Part shown: positions 22,087 to 31,151 of the stretch, piece after piece
Layout: each line of letters opens with the position of its first letter
Position numbering within the stretch: position 1 is the first letter of the stretch
NCBI GenBank assembly: GCA_028275885.1
Contig: JAPWTW010000001.1
Coordinates: 1 to 32,000, forward strand
Direction of reading: 5' to 3'
DNA: 32,000 bases
From: Candidatus Nanopusillus sp.
GTDB taxonomy: Archaea > Nanobdellota > Nanobdellia > Nanobdellales > Nanobdellaceae
Notes under the pieces: generated by a model
Databases searched by the model: none
Told to the model about the DNA's origin: nothing
The model's input: only the letters and a program-made list of their open reading frames with translations
Made by a program: the position numbers and the translations under genes

Positions 22087-24323
22087 TTTTTATATTCTTC
22101 TTCAAAAATCTTTTTAATTCTTTCGGCCTTCTTTTCTCCAACAACATTTTCTAAATCAGTTTTATTTGCTAAGAAAATGTTCTTTAATGATTTAAATCTT
22201 TCTAATAATTTTAATGCTAGATTTTCTCCAATGCCAGGTATAGATTTTAATATCTCCAATTTAACTTCATCAAGATCTTCATAATTTTTTACTTTTTCAG
22301 GTATGTTCGGAAATTTATTATAATTTTTTGCTAATAAATATAGATAATTTGCTGTTTCTAAAAAGTCTGAAGTTCTTATAATTGGTATTTTATATTCCAA
22401 AATTATTTTTAATATTAATGTTCTTATATAATTTATTGAAATATTCGTATCTATTCCTAAACTATCCTCAGTTCCTTCTAATATTAAAATAGATTTTTTA
22501 TCCTTTAATTTTTCTAATTGATTGTATAATCTTCCATCTATTATAGAATTAATGAAATCTAATATATTCTTTCTCTCAATTATTAAATCTCCAATTATAT
22601 AATCTCCAATATCTAAGTTTTCTAATTTTATTAAAATATCTGTATTTGCTAAGGTTTGTACTACTCCAGATTCCTTTTCCTTATAATCTACAATAATCAT
22701 AGGAATATTTGATTTTGTATTAATTATATTTGATGAATTATCCTTCTCTTGAGAAGTTTGACTACCTGTAATATACTTAAATATTCCTCTTGATCTTTCA
22801 ACATTTTCCACCATCATTTTATTATTTATATTATTTTCCTCTATATTATTATTTATTTTTAGATATTTTTTTATTTTTTTAACTATATATAACATCTTTT
22901 TTTCTTTTTTTATTGAAACCCAATAAAATCTTTCATCCATTGTATTCTTTGTAACCAATATTATTACTTCTCCAATTTCACCTCTACCAGTTCTACCCTT
23001 TCTTTGTATATATCTAATTTCAGATGGAACAGGTTCATAAAATATTACTATATCAACTTTTGGAATATCAATGCCTTCTTCGCCAACAGATGTTGATAAT
23101 AATACATTAAATTTACCTTCTGAAAAATCTTTTAATAATTTTATTTGTTCACTTCTACTCATTTCTTTTTTTCCAACAAACTTTTCAGCTTTTATATTAT
23201 TTTTATCGCAATATTCTTTTATTCTATCTAAAGTTTTCCTTATTTGTGCAAATACAATTATTTTTTTATCTTTATTTTCTTTTAATATTTCTATTAATTT
23301 TAATAATTTTGGATGTTCAATATTTTTATTAATATATTCCTTTGCTAAATATATTGCCTTCTTTATTCTTATATCATTTAAAACCTCATAATCTGCTTTA
23401 CTTTTTCTTATATCATTTTCAATATCTTTAAAATAACTTATAAAAGTATATAATGTTTGTGTTTCTAAGACTTCTAGGGCATGATATATTTTTAATGTTT
23501 CAGACAATAATTCTACTATTTCCTTTAATCTATAATCTCTTCCCCTAATTTCTAAATTCTTTTTGATTTCTTCTATCCAGTTTAATATATCCTTTTTACC
23601 TTTATTAATATCAATTGATGGATCCAATTCTTTTATTTTTGATATTCTTAAATCTATTGCTTTTATTATTAAATCCCTAATATTATTTAATTCATTATTT
23701 AATTCTACATCTATCCTCTTAATTTTAATACTAGTCATATATTTTTTAATATCCTTTTCTTCTCCAGTTCTTATTTCAATATTTTTTATGTATAAATTGT
23801 TTATTACTTCTTCTATTCTTTCAATATTCCAACCAGGAGAAGCTGTTAATCCAATTATCCTATAATCTTTTGCCTGTTCTACAAACTTTTTTGCAATAAA
23901 TGTATATGAATATTTTTTAACTGCTCTATGTGCTTCATCAAATATTATTGTTGAAGCATCATAGAATGTTACCCTTCCACTTATTAAGTCATTTTGTAAT
24001 GTCTGTGGTGTTACAAAAATTATTTTTCCCTGTTTATATAAATAATTTCTTCTTTCCTGTTGGACATCTCCAGTAATTACAATGCTTTTATCTCTTAACT
24101 CTGGAAAAAATTTTATGAAATTATTATAATGTTGGGTTACTAATGGTTTTGTTGGGGCTAAAAAATATATTTTTTTATCTGGAAATAATTTTAATCTTTC
24201 AATAATAAGAAAAAAAGCAATAATTGTCTTTCCAGTACCTGTTGGTAATATAACAAGTGTATTCTCCCTCAAACATGATTCTAATATATTTTTTTGATAT
24301 TCCCTTAATTCTATAGAAGACAT
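22083..24323 (-). CDS. hef: Hef: SF2 helicase fused to XPF/ERCC4-type nuclease and an HhH2 domain
   Basis: Helicase motifs 'LPTGTGKT', 'FDEAHRA', 'TASPG' and 'QRKGRTGR'. Nuclease motif 'GDYIIGDLIIERKNILDF'. C-terminal HhH 'IPGIGENLALKLLERFKSLKNIF'. 746 aa. Confidence 0.92.
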   Translation of the reverse strand: MSSIELREYQKNILESCLRENTLVILPTGTGKTIIAFFLIIERLKLFPDKKIYFLAPTKPLVTQHYNNFIKFFPELRDKSIVITGDVQQERRNYLYKQGKIIFVTPQTLQNDLISGRVTFYDASTIIFDEAHRAVKKYSYTFIAKKFVEQAKDYRIIGLTASPGWNIERIEEVINNLYIKNIEIRTGEEKDIKKYMTSIKIKRIDVELNNELNNIRDLIIKAIDLRISKIKELDPSIDINKGKKDILNWIEEIKKNLEIRGRDYRLKEIVELLSETLKIYHALEVLETQTLYTFISYFKDIENDIRKSKADYEVLNDIRIKKAIYLAKEYINKNIEHPKLLKLIEILKENKDKKIIVFAQIRKTLDRIKEYCDKNNIKAEKFVGKKEMSRSEQIKLLKDFSEGKFNVLLSTSVGEEGIDIPKVDIVIFYEPVPSEIRYIQRKGRTGRGEIGEVIILVTKNTMDERFYWVSIKKEKKMLYIVKKIKKYLKINNNIEENNINNKMMVENVERSRGIFKYITGSQTSQEKDNSSNIINTKSNIPMIIVDYKEKESGVVQTLANTDILIKLENLDIGDYIIGDLIIERKNILDFINSIIDGRLYNQLEKLKDKKSILILEGTEDSLGIDTNISINYIRTLILKIILEYKIPIIRTSDFLETANYLYLLAKNYNKFPNIPEKVKNYEDLDEVKLEILKSIPGIGENLALKLLERFKSLKNIFLANKTDLENVVGEKKAERIKKIFEEEYKK

Positions 24324-24347
24324 AATATAAAAATATTAAAAAAATTT

Positions 24348-24629
24348 TTATTTATTTATGAATTCTGTAATTTTCTTTTGTATATCATTCTCACTGAATA
24401 TATTAAAATAATCTTTGTATTTTTCAATTATATTTTTATCAACATCTCCTACAATTGCTATATTCATTTTTCCCTTTTTTCTATATTTTTCTTTATATTT
24501 TTTTAATGTTTCAAATATAGATTCTAAATCATTTGTATCTTCTGCATAATTTTTTATATACCAAATTAAATTATCATTACCTTCTAAGGATATATTCTTA
24601 GTTATTTTTATTATTAAACTATACCTCAT
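24348..24629 (-). CDS. Hypothetical protein (93 aa)
   Basis: Clean ORF packed between trm1 (7-nt gap) and hef (24-nt gap). No motif recognised. Confidence 0.5.
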   Translation of the reverse strand: MRYSLIIKITKNISLEGNDNLIWYIKNYAEDTNDLESIFETLKKYKEKYRKKGKMNIAIVGDVDKNIIEKYKDYFNIFSENDIQKKITEFINK

Positions 24630-24636
24630 AATATAT

Positions 24637-25722
24637 TTATATTTTTGGATAGTATAAAGTTTTTATTCCATAATCTGTAAAATGTGTCCTGCATCCATTA
24701 TTCATCTCTAATATATTTTCTATTTTTGGTAGATTTTTCTTATAAAAAGAGGAAATTTTTCTTATATCATAATAATACCATAAATTTATTTTTGAATCAC
24801 AATTTATTATTCTATTAATTATTATCCTTTCATCCTTATCTAAATTTATTAAACTAATATTATTACTAATAATATTTAATATATCTTCATTATATAATTT
24901 TCCAATATATATAGGTCCTAATTTAATTAAATCATTATTGCATACTTTACATTTTCCATTTTCTAATGATTTATATCCACAATTTTTGCAATAATATATT
25001 TCCTTTATGTTTTCTATTAAGTAATTTATATCTTTACTTTTACTACTTTTTTTAACAAAAATTCTGTAATGATGATTATAATAATATGAAAAAATTGGAA
25101 TTAATGCAATATCATATTTTAATCCTTCTGATATTATATATTTTGCCAAATTTCTTAATCCAAATTCTAAATAAAAATCTGTTTTTATTCCTTTTGTATT
25201 ATATTTTCTAAAACAGGATCTTGGTTTAGATCCAGATAGTGATGAAATATCTGTTGCAGTAATTCCAGCAATTCCATTATTTTTCAATGCTTTTGGTAAT
25301 AATTCTACAAAACCTATTGGAGAACCGAATGGATCTATATCAATATAATCAAATTTATATTTTAATAATATTTCTCTACAATCTTTATTTAATATAATTA
25401 TTCTTTCATCATTTTCTAAATTGTTAATCTTTAAATTTTCCTTTATATTTTCTATTGCTTCTTTTTTTATATCATTTATATATATTTTATTTACAACTTC
25501 AGGAATTTCCTTTAATATTCTTATAGATCTTATACCAGTAGCAGCCATACAATCTAAAATATCAAATTTTTTCTTTACTATATTATAATAAGATTTCAAT
25601 ATTATTATTGTAAAATCCCTATTTATTTTCATTAATGGGTTATAAAATACAGGTAATTTTGATGATAATTTCTTTAAAAAATCTGGATTATAATTTATTA
25701 TTGCTTTTCCTTCATTCATCAA
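24637..25722 (-). CDS. trm1: tRNA (guanine26-N2)-dimethyltransferase Trm1
   Basis: 'VFYNPLMKINRDFTI', 'ILDCMAATGIRSIR', 'IDIDPFGSP' and the Cys cluster 'CKNCGY...CKVCNN'. Confidence 0.9.
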   Translation of the reverse strand: MMNEGKAIINYNPDFLKKLSSKLPVFYNPLMKINRDFTIIILKSYYNIVKKKFDILDCMAATGIRSIRILKEIPEVVNKIYINDIKKEAIENIKENLKINNLENDERIIILNKDCREILLKYKFDYIDIDPFGSPIGFVELLPKALKNNGIAGITATDISSLSGSKPRSCFRKYNTKGIKTDFYLEFGLRNLAKYIISEGLKYDIALIPIFSYYYNHHYRIFVKKSSKSKDINYLIENIKEIYYCKNCGYKSLENGKCKVCNNDLIKLGPIYIGKLYNEDILNIISNNISLINLDKDERIIINRIINCDSKINLWYYYDIRKISSFYKKNLPKIENILEMNNGCRTHFTDYGIKTLYYPKI

Positions 25723-26053
25723 TGTCTACAAATATTTTATCTTCTTTTTTAATTATTCTTAACTTATATCTTGTTGGTGGCTTTTTAATTCCTCTAGACC
25801 AAATATAATTATTTAATCTTACAGATAATAAAACATTTTTTGATTTATATCTCTTCATTATAATTTCTCTTATTACTCTTGCTGCCTTTTTTGCTCTTCT
25901 TTTTAATGGTGTTTTTAATATCCATTTCCTTATATTTATTTTTATATGAAATTCTTGTATATTTTCTTTCTTTTCAACATTTTCTTGAGTTTGTTGAACC
26001 TGTTGATTTTGTTGAACATTTTCTGTTTGTACTAATTGAGTTTCTTCATGCAT
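25712..26053 (-). CDS. rpl31e: Ribosomal protein L31e (eL31) with a Q-rich N-terminal extension
   Basis: 'FHIKINIRKWILKTPLKRRAKKAARVIREII...VLLSVRLNNYIWSRGIKKPPTRYKLRI' matches the L31e signature (..lN..iWs.Gi...P.r.r.r). Confidence 0.85.
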   Translation of the reverse strand: MHEETQLVQTENVQQNQQVQQTQENVEKKENIQEFHIKINIRKWILKTPLKRRAKKAARVIREIIMKRYKSKNVLLSVRLNNYIWSRGIKKPPTRYKLRIIKKEDKIFVDIDE

Positions 26054-26076
26054 TATGATATTTGAATAACAAAATT

Positions 26077-26817
26077 TTATAAAGTTTGATTTTTATTTTT
26101 TCTACAATTTTCTATATTTTCTTTTGCAATTCTTAATATTCCCATTAGCAAAGAATATTCTCTTTTTGTAATTAATGCTTTTCCAATTAAATTTCTTAAT
26201 CCTCTATATATTACTGGTTTTCTATAATCCTGAGAAGGTAATACATCTACAAATTCTTTAAACATTTTATATAAATATTTTCTTTCTTGATTATTTATTA
26301 ATTTAAATACTTTTCTTATTGGATTATTTTTTGAAACAAATAATTCATACAATATTATTGTTGCAGCATGTGTTATATTCATTATTGGATATTCTTCACT
26401 TGCAGGAATTGTAATTATTCCATCAAATTTATCTAATTCTTCATTACTAAAACCTCTAGATTCCCTTCCAAAAAATATACCGATCTTTCCATCATATTTA
26501 TATATATAATTTGCAAATTCTCTAGGAGTTAAAGGATTTCTTAATACTTCATTTCCCATTTTTGAAGAAACTCCAGTTGTACCATAATTTATATCAAATA
26601 AATCAATTACTTCATCTAAACTATTATATATTTTCATGTTCTTTATTATTTCCCATCCTTTTTCTCTTGCAACAATTTTTACTTTATCTCCATATGGATT
26701 TACTTTTGGATTTACTAATATTAAATTTTTAAAATCAAAATTTGCCATTACCCTTGCTAATGCACCTATATTATCTTCAGATTCTGGTTCTACAAATACA
26801 ATATAAAAATCAATCAT
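26077..26817 (-). CDS. trmJ: SpoU/TrmH-class RNA 2'-O-methyltransferase, TrmJ-like
   Basis: 'IVFVEPESEDNIGALARVMANFDF', 'IFFGRESRGFSNEEL' and 'IITIPASEEYPIMNITHAATIILYEL'. The C-terminal helical extension is as in TrmJ. Confidence 0.8.
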   Translation of the reverse strand: MIDFYIVFVEPESEDNIGALARVMANFDFKNLILVNPKVNPYGDKVKIVAREKGWEIIKNMKIYNSLDEVIDLFDINYGTTGVSSKMGNEVLRNPLTPREFANYIYKYDGKIGIFFGRESRGFSNEELDKFDGIITIPASEEYPIMNITHAATIILYELFVSKNNPIRKVFKLINNQERKYLYKMFKEFVDVLPSQDYRKPVIYRGLRNLIGKALITKREYSLLMGILRIAKENIENCRKNKNQTL

Positions 26818-28148
26818 GGTTCCAATCTATTTGGATCCCTTGGTATTAATACAGCTTCTTTTACATTTTCAATATTTAATAGTTGTTTAATATATCTAGC
26901 AATACCAAATCCAAATCCACCCATTGTTGGAGCACCATATTTAAAGAACTCTAAATAATATTTAAAATTATCTGGATTTAATCCTTTTTCTTTTATTTGT
27001 TCCAATAATATTTTATATCTATGTTCTCTTTGGGAACCTGTAGAAATTTCTAAACCATTATATAATAGATCGAAGCTCTTTGTTGTTATTGTTCCATTTT
27101 TCATTGGTTCTCCCTTCATATGATAAAATGGTCTCGCAGTCCAGGGCCAATCAATTATAAATAAAAATTCATTATCATATGTTTTTTTAACATAATCTCC
27201 CAAAATTTTTTCTCCTTCAGATGTTATATCTCCATTTTCTTTTATATTATTTTTTCCAACAATTTCATATACTTCTTCCATCTTTATTTTTGGAATATTT
27301 TCTGGAATAAATACATCTACGTTATAATATTTTTTGATTTCATCTTCGAAATTTTCTTTTATTTTTTTATTTGTATATTTTACAATTTCTTCTAAAACTT
27401 TCATTACATCATAATGTGAACTTATATATCCAATTTCTATATCAAAGGATGTAAACTCTGTTAAATGTCTTGACGTAAAAGAAGGTTCTGCTCTAAAAGC
27501 TGGTGCAATTTCAAATACTTTTTCAAAGCCAGAACATATTGCCATTTGTTTATAGAATTGTGGTGATTGTGCTAAGTAAGCTTTTCTATTGAAATAGTTT
27601 AATTCAAAAACTTCTGCTCCTCCTTCAGATGCTGTACTTATTATTTTTGGAGAGAATATTTCAATAAAATTATTATTATATAAATATTCTCTAATATATT
27701 TTACTGCATATGATGTTAACTTAATTATTAAACTTTTCTTTGGATCTCTAAGATCAATCCATCTATAATTCATTCTTTTTTCAAAATATGAATTTTCATC
27801 TATGGGTAATCTATCTGCAGGTTCGCTAATTAAATAAATTTCTTCAGCAACAACTTCTTTATATTTTTTTGCAATTCCCTTAATATATTTTCCTTTAACT
27901 ACTATAAATGTATGTAAGGAAAATTCTTTTACAAATTCTAAATCATTAAACATTTCTTTTTTTATTGTTATTTGAACATCTCCAGTTTGATCTCTTAATA
28001 TAATAAATGATATATTTCCAATATTTTTTATATTTATTATCCATCCTGCTAATATAACTTCTCTATCATATTCAATCTTTTCAAGCTCTCCTATATTTAT
28101 CCTATTTTTTAATAACTCAAAACCTCTATTATAATTATATATGTCCAT
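26814..28148 (-). CDS. aspS: Aspartyl-tRNA synthetase (archaeal/eukaryal type, class IIb)
   Basis: N-terminal OB-fold region, 'AYLAQSPQFYKQ', motif 2 'FRAEPSFTSRHLTEFTSFDIE', 'GSQREHRY', motif 3 'GGFGFGIARYIKQLL' and the C-terminal 'LIPRDPNRLEP'. Confidence 0.92.
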   Translation of the reverse strand: MDIYNYNRGFELLKNRINIGELEKIEYDREVILAGWIINIKNIGNISFIILRDQTGDVQITIKKEMFNDLEFVKEFSLHTFIVVKGKYIKGIAKKYKEVVAEEIYLISEPADRLPIDENSYFEKRMNYRWIDLRDPKKSLIIKLTSYAVKYIREYLYNNNFIEIFSPKIISTASEGGAEVFELNYFNRKAYLAQSPQFYKQMAICSGFEKVFEIAPAFRAEPSFTSRHLTEFTSFDIEIGYISSHYDVMKVLEEIVKYTNKKIKENFEDEIKKYYNVDVFIPENIPKIKMEEVYEIVGKNNIKENGDITSEGEKILGDYVKKTYDNEFLFIIDWPWTARPFYHMKGEPMKNGTITTKSFDLLYNGLEISTGSQREHRYKILLEQIKEKGLNPDNFKYYLEFFKYGAPTMGGFGFGIARYIKQLLNIENVKEAVLIPRDPNRLEP

Positions 28149-28167
28149 AGAAATTTAGTATAAACAA

Positions 28168-28860
28168 TTACTTTAAATTTTTCATTTTTATATCAATCAT
28201 TGCATGCAATTCTTTATATATTATTGTCAATTTTTCTTCATAGCTTATATCTTTTCTTAGATCATATACTGATAAAAAAGGAAGATTCCTATTTTCAATA
28301 TTTTTTAACTTATCTAAAAATAATTTATATATTTCATTAAAATTATCATTTATAATTTTTTCTATTTCAATTCTTAATTTATCATATTCTTCAAATCTAT
28401 TAAAAAATTTTTTAGTATAATAATCTACTACAAATATCGGCCTTTCAAATGAATATAATATTATTACATCACATGTTTCTTTTCCAATTCCATTTATTTT
28501 TAATAATTCTTCCCTTATTTTAGTTATTTCCAATTTAGAAAAATTATTAATATTTCCATAGTTTTCTAATATATAATTAGATAAAGATTTTAATGTTTCA
28601 AGTTTTCTTAACCTAAATGGAACCTTTATATCATCAATAGATAAATTATTTATATTTTCTAATCTAAAGATAAAATTTCTTGATTTTAAATATTCTATAT
28701 TTTTTTCTACTAGATCCCATTTTGTGTTTTGAGTTAATATTGCCCCTATAATTACTTCTACTCTCCAATCTCCTTCATTTTTATTATGATAATTTATATC
28801 TACTGGCCACCAAAATTGAAAATCCATCTCTTTAATTAAATTTATAATAGATTCATACAT
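28168..28860 (-). CDS. HhH-GPD superfamily protein, endonuclease III-related (no Fe-S Cys cluster)
   Basis: 'FWWPVD...EVIIGAILTQNTKWDLVEKNIEYLK' and the HhH 'LLKINGIGKETCDVIILYSFERPIFVVDYYTKKF'. No C-terminal Cys-x6-Cys-x2-Cys-x5-Cys. Met12 is an alternative start. Confidence 0.75.
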   Translation of the reverse strand: MYESIINLIKEMDFQFWWPVDINYHNKNEGDWRVEVIIGAILTQNTKWDLVEKNIEYLKSRNFIFRLENINNLSIDDIKVPFRLRKLETLKSLSNYILENYGNINNFSKLEITKIREELLKINGIGKETCDVIILYSFERPIFVVDYYTKKFFNRFEEYDKLRIEIEKIINDNFNEIYKLFLDKLKNIENRNLPFLSVYDLRKDISYEEKLTIIYKELHAMIDIKMKNLK

Positions 28861-28869
28861 AGAAGTATA

Positions 28870-29487
28870 ATGATATTAGTAGATAAAAAAATTAGGGAAT
28901 ATATAAAGAATGGAAAAATAAAAGTTGATCCATTTGATGAAAATATGGTAGGTCCTGCATCATTGGATGTAAGGTTAGGATATAAGTTTAGAGTATTTAG
29001 AACATTAGAGAAGGAAGTTATAGATGTAAAAGATTATTATGATGATATATATACAAGAATAGAAACTAAAGATTATATAATACATATAGGGAAATATTCA
29101 GATCTTTATATATTAAAAAATGATAATGTTCCAATAATAATTCATCCAGGAGAATTTATTCTAGCATCAGTATATGAATATATAGAATTACCAGATAATA
29201 TTGTTGGGCAGATACATGGTAGATCTTCAATTGGAAGACTTGGTTTAATAGTACATACTTCTGCAGGTTATATTGATCCAGGATATAGAGGATATTTAAC
29301 ATTGGAAATTATTAATGTAAATAGAGTTCCAATTAAAATATATCCAAAAACAAAGATTGCTCAGATTGTTTTCATTGAAACAGAATCTTCGGAGGTACCA
29401 TATGATAAGAGGAAAGGATCTAAATATTTAAATGAAGAAGGTGCTACAGGATCTTTGATATCAAAAGACTTTAATAATAATTTTTAA
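28870..29487 (+). CDS. dcd: dCTP deaminase (possibly the bifunctional dCTP deaminase/dUTPase type)
   Basis: 'MILVDKKIREYIKNGKIKVDPFDENMVGPASLDVRLG' and 'GRSSIGRLGLIVHTSAGYIDPGYRGYLTLEIIN'. Confidence 0.92.
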   Translation: MILVDKKIREYIKNGKIKVDPFDENMVGPASLDVRLGYKFRVFRTLEKEVIDVKDYYDDIYTRIETKDYIIHIGKYSDLYILKNDNVPIIIHPGEFILASVYEYIELPDNIVGQIHGRSSIGRLGLIVHTSAGYIDPGYRGYLTLEIINVNRVPIKIYPKTKIAQIVFIETESSEVPYDKRKGSKYLNEEGATGSLISKDFNNNF

Positions 29488-29511
29488 ACATTTTTCATAA
29501 GTTATGAAAAA

Positions 29512-29877
29512 ATGGTAAAAAGAACTGGACCTACTAATATTTATCTAAGAAAATTGATAAATTTGTTAAAAAAAGAAGGAAAGAAGAATAATAGTAAGTT
29601 TTGGCTATATGTAGCTGAACTTTTAAGTAGACCAACAAGAAAAAGAGTTGAAGTAAATTTATCTAAATTGAATAAATATACAAAAGATGGAGATACTGTT
29701 ATAGTTCCTGGAAAATTACTTGGTTATGGTATGATAAATAAAAAAATTACAGTTGCTGCATGGAGATATTCACTAAATGCAAAGGAAAAATTGGAAAAGT
29801 CTGGTATTAAAATACTGACAATAGAAGACCTATTAAAGGAAAATCCAAAAGGTTCAAATATAAAAATAATAATATGA
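29512..29877 (+). CDS. rpl18e: Ribosomal protein L18e (eL18)
   Basis: 'KRTGPTNIYLRKLINLL', 'RPTRKRVEVNLSKLN', 'VIVPGKLLGYG' and 'VAAWRYSLNAKEKLEKSG'. Confidence 0.9.
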   Translation: MVKRTGPTNIYLRKLINLLKKEGKKNNSKFWLYVAELLSRPTRKRVEVNLSKLNKYTKDGDTVIVPGKLLGYGMINKKITVAAWRYSLNAKEKLEKSGIKILTIEDLLKENPKGSNIKIII

Positions 29878-30320
29878 TAGCAATAGGAAGAAAATATATA
29901 GATGCAACAGATTCTATTTTAGGTAGGTTGGCATCCAGAATTGCTAAATATTTATTAGAAGGATATGAGGTATATATATTTAATGCTGAAAAAGCTGTTT
30001 TAGTTGGAAGATGGAATAATTTAGTTAAATATTGGAATCATAAAGTAAATGAAAGGGGAGATTGGATAAAAGGTCCATTTTATCCAAAAAGGCCAGATAA
30101 AATATTAAGAAGGGTAATATGGGGAATGTTGCCAAGAAATTATAGAGGAAGGCAAGCCTTAAAAAGAGTAAAAGTTTTCTTAGGATTGCCAGAAGAATTT
30201 AAAGATGTAAAGTTGGAAAAGGTAGAAGAATCTTTAATTCAGAATAGATTAAAGGTTGGAACAATAAGGGAATACTATTATTTAGGAGATATATCAAGGC
30301 AAATTGGTGGAAAATTTTAA
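29874..30320 (+). CDS. rpl13: Ribosomal protein L13 (uL13)
   Basis: 'IDATDSILGRLASRIAKYLLEGYEVYIFNAEKAVLVG'. Overlaps rpl18e by 4 nt. Confidence 0.9.
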   Translation: MIAIGRKYIDATDSILGRLASRIAKYLLEGYEVYIFNAEKAVLVGRWNNLVKYWNHKVNERGDWIKGPFYPKRPDKILRRVIWGMLPRNYRGRQALKRVKVFLGLPEEFKDVKLEKVEESLIQNRLKVGTIREYYYLGDISRQIGGKF

Positions 30321-30346
30321 AAATTTAGTATATAAATTTATATAAC

Positions 30347-30745
30347 ATGACAATAATAGTTACAGCAAAAAGAAAAACAGCAATTGCAAGAGCATATATA
30401 AAGGAAGGTAATGGTAAGGTTACAATAAATTCTATCCCATTACAAATATATGAGCCATTCTTAGCAAGACTAAGAATAAGTGAACCATTAATATTAGCTG
30501 GAGAAGATTATGTTTCAAAAGTAAATATAAAAGTTAAAGTAAAAGGTGGTGGATATATGGGAAAAGCTGAAGCGGCTAGGATAGCTATTGCAAAGGGTTT
30601 GGTAAAGTATTTTGATGATGATAAATTGAAATTACTATATTTACAATATGATCCTTATATGTTAAAATCAGATCCAAGGAGAAAAGAGCAGAGAAAATCT
30701 CCTACTTCAAAAGCAAGAAAACACTATACAACAGCCTATAGATAA
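30347..30745 (+). CDS. rps9: Ribosomal protein S9 (uS9)
   Basis: 'GKRKTAIARAYIKEGNGKVTINS', 'VKVKGGGYMGKAEAARIAIAKGL' and the C-terminal 'DPRRKEQRKSPTSKARKHYTTAYR'. Confidence 0.92.
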   Translation: MTIIVTAKRKTAIARAYIKEGNGKVTINSIPLQIYEPFLARLRISEPLILAGEDYVSKVNIKVKVKGGGYMGKAEAARIAIAKGLVKYFDDDKLKLLYLQYDPYMLKSDPRRKEQRKSPTSKARKHYTTAYR

Positions 30746-30747
30746 AT

Positions 30748-31074
30748 TTATTCAATTTTTTCAACTTCTATTTTATTTTCAGTTTCTTCTTTTGTTTCTT
30801 TACTACTTGTTTCTTCTTTTTCTGATGTAGATTTTACGGAATATACAGCTTTTGATATTATCCAAATTTGTCCCATTGCTTTAATTAATTGGTGTGGAGC
30901 AATTATTCCTTTAATTCCTCTTTTAGATAAATCTGGATCCAACACTTTTATTTTCCATCCATATATTTTATTATCACTTATTATTGCATCTTCAACTTCT
31001 CCCAAGAAATATCCATCTTCTGTGTATACCTTTGATCTGGTGGTTTCAGATATCTTTCTAATATTCAATGCCAT
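30748..31074 (-). CDS. PRC-barrel domain protein with an acidic/Ser-rich tail
   Basis: 'SKVYTEDGYFLGEVEDAIISDNKIYGWKIKV' is a typical PRC-barrel core. 108 aa. Confidence 0.6.
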   Translation of the reverse strand: MALNIRKISETTRSKVYTEDGYFLGEVEDAIISDNKIYGWKIKVLDPDLSKRGIKGIIAPHQLIKAMGQIWIISKAVYSVKSTSEKEETSSKETKEETENKIEVEKIE

Positions 31075-31151
31075 AAAATAAAATAAATATATTGAATAAT
31101 TTAAATTTTTTCATAATTTAGGTTTAAAAGGTGAAATTATATTATGAAATT

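Noticed and set aside
68-23865. Track ORFs antisense to well-supported genes: 68..394+, 2261..2485+, 3067..3534+, 4104..4394+, 6200..6424+, 6435..6653+, 7814..8095+, 8530..8781+, 10434..10670+, 10678..10872+, 10887..11207+, 16642..16833+, 17145..17399+, 17889..18110+, 18596..18853+, 22069..22284+, 23071..23391+ and 23563..23865+
   Set aside because: Each lies entirely within a minus-strand gene that has clear family motifs. Their translations are F/L/I/S-rich low-complexity strings, as expected from the complement of K/N/E/I-rich codons in an AT-rich genome. None shows a recognisable motif.
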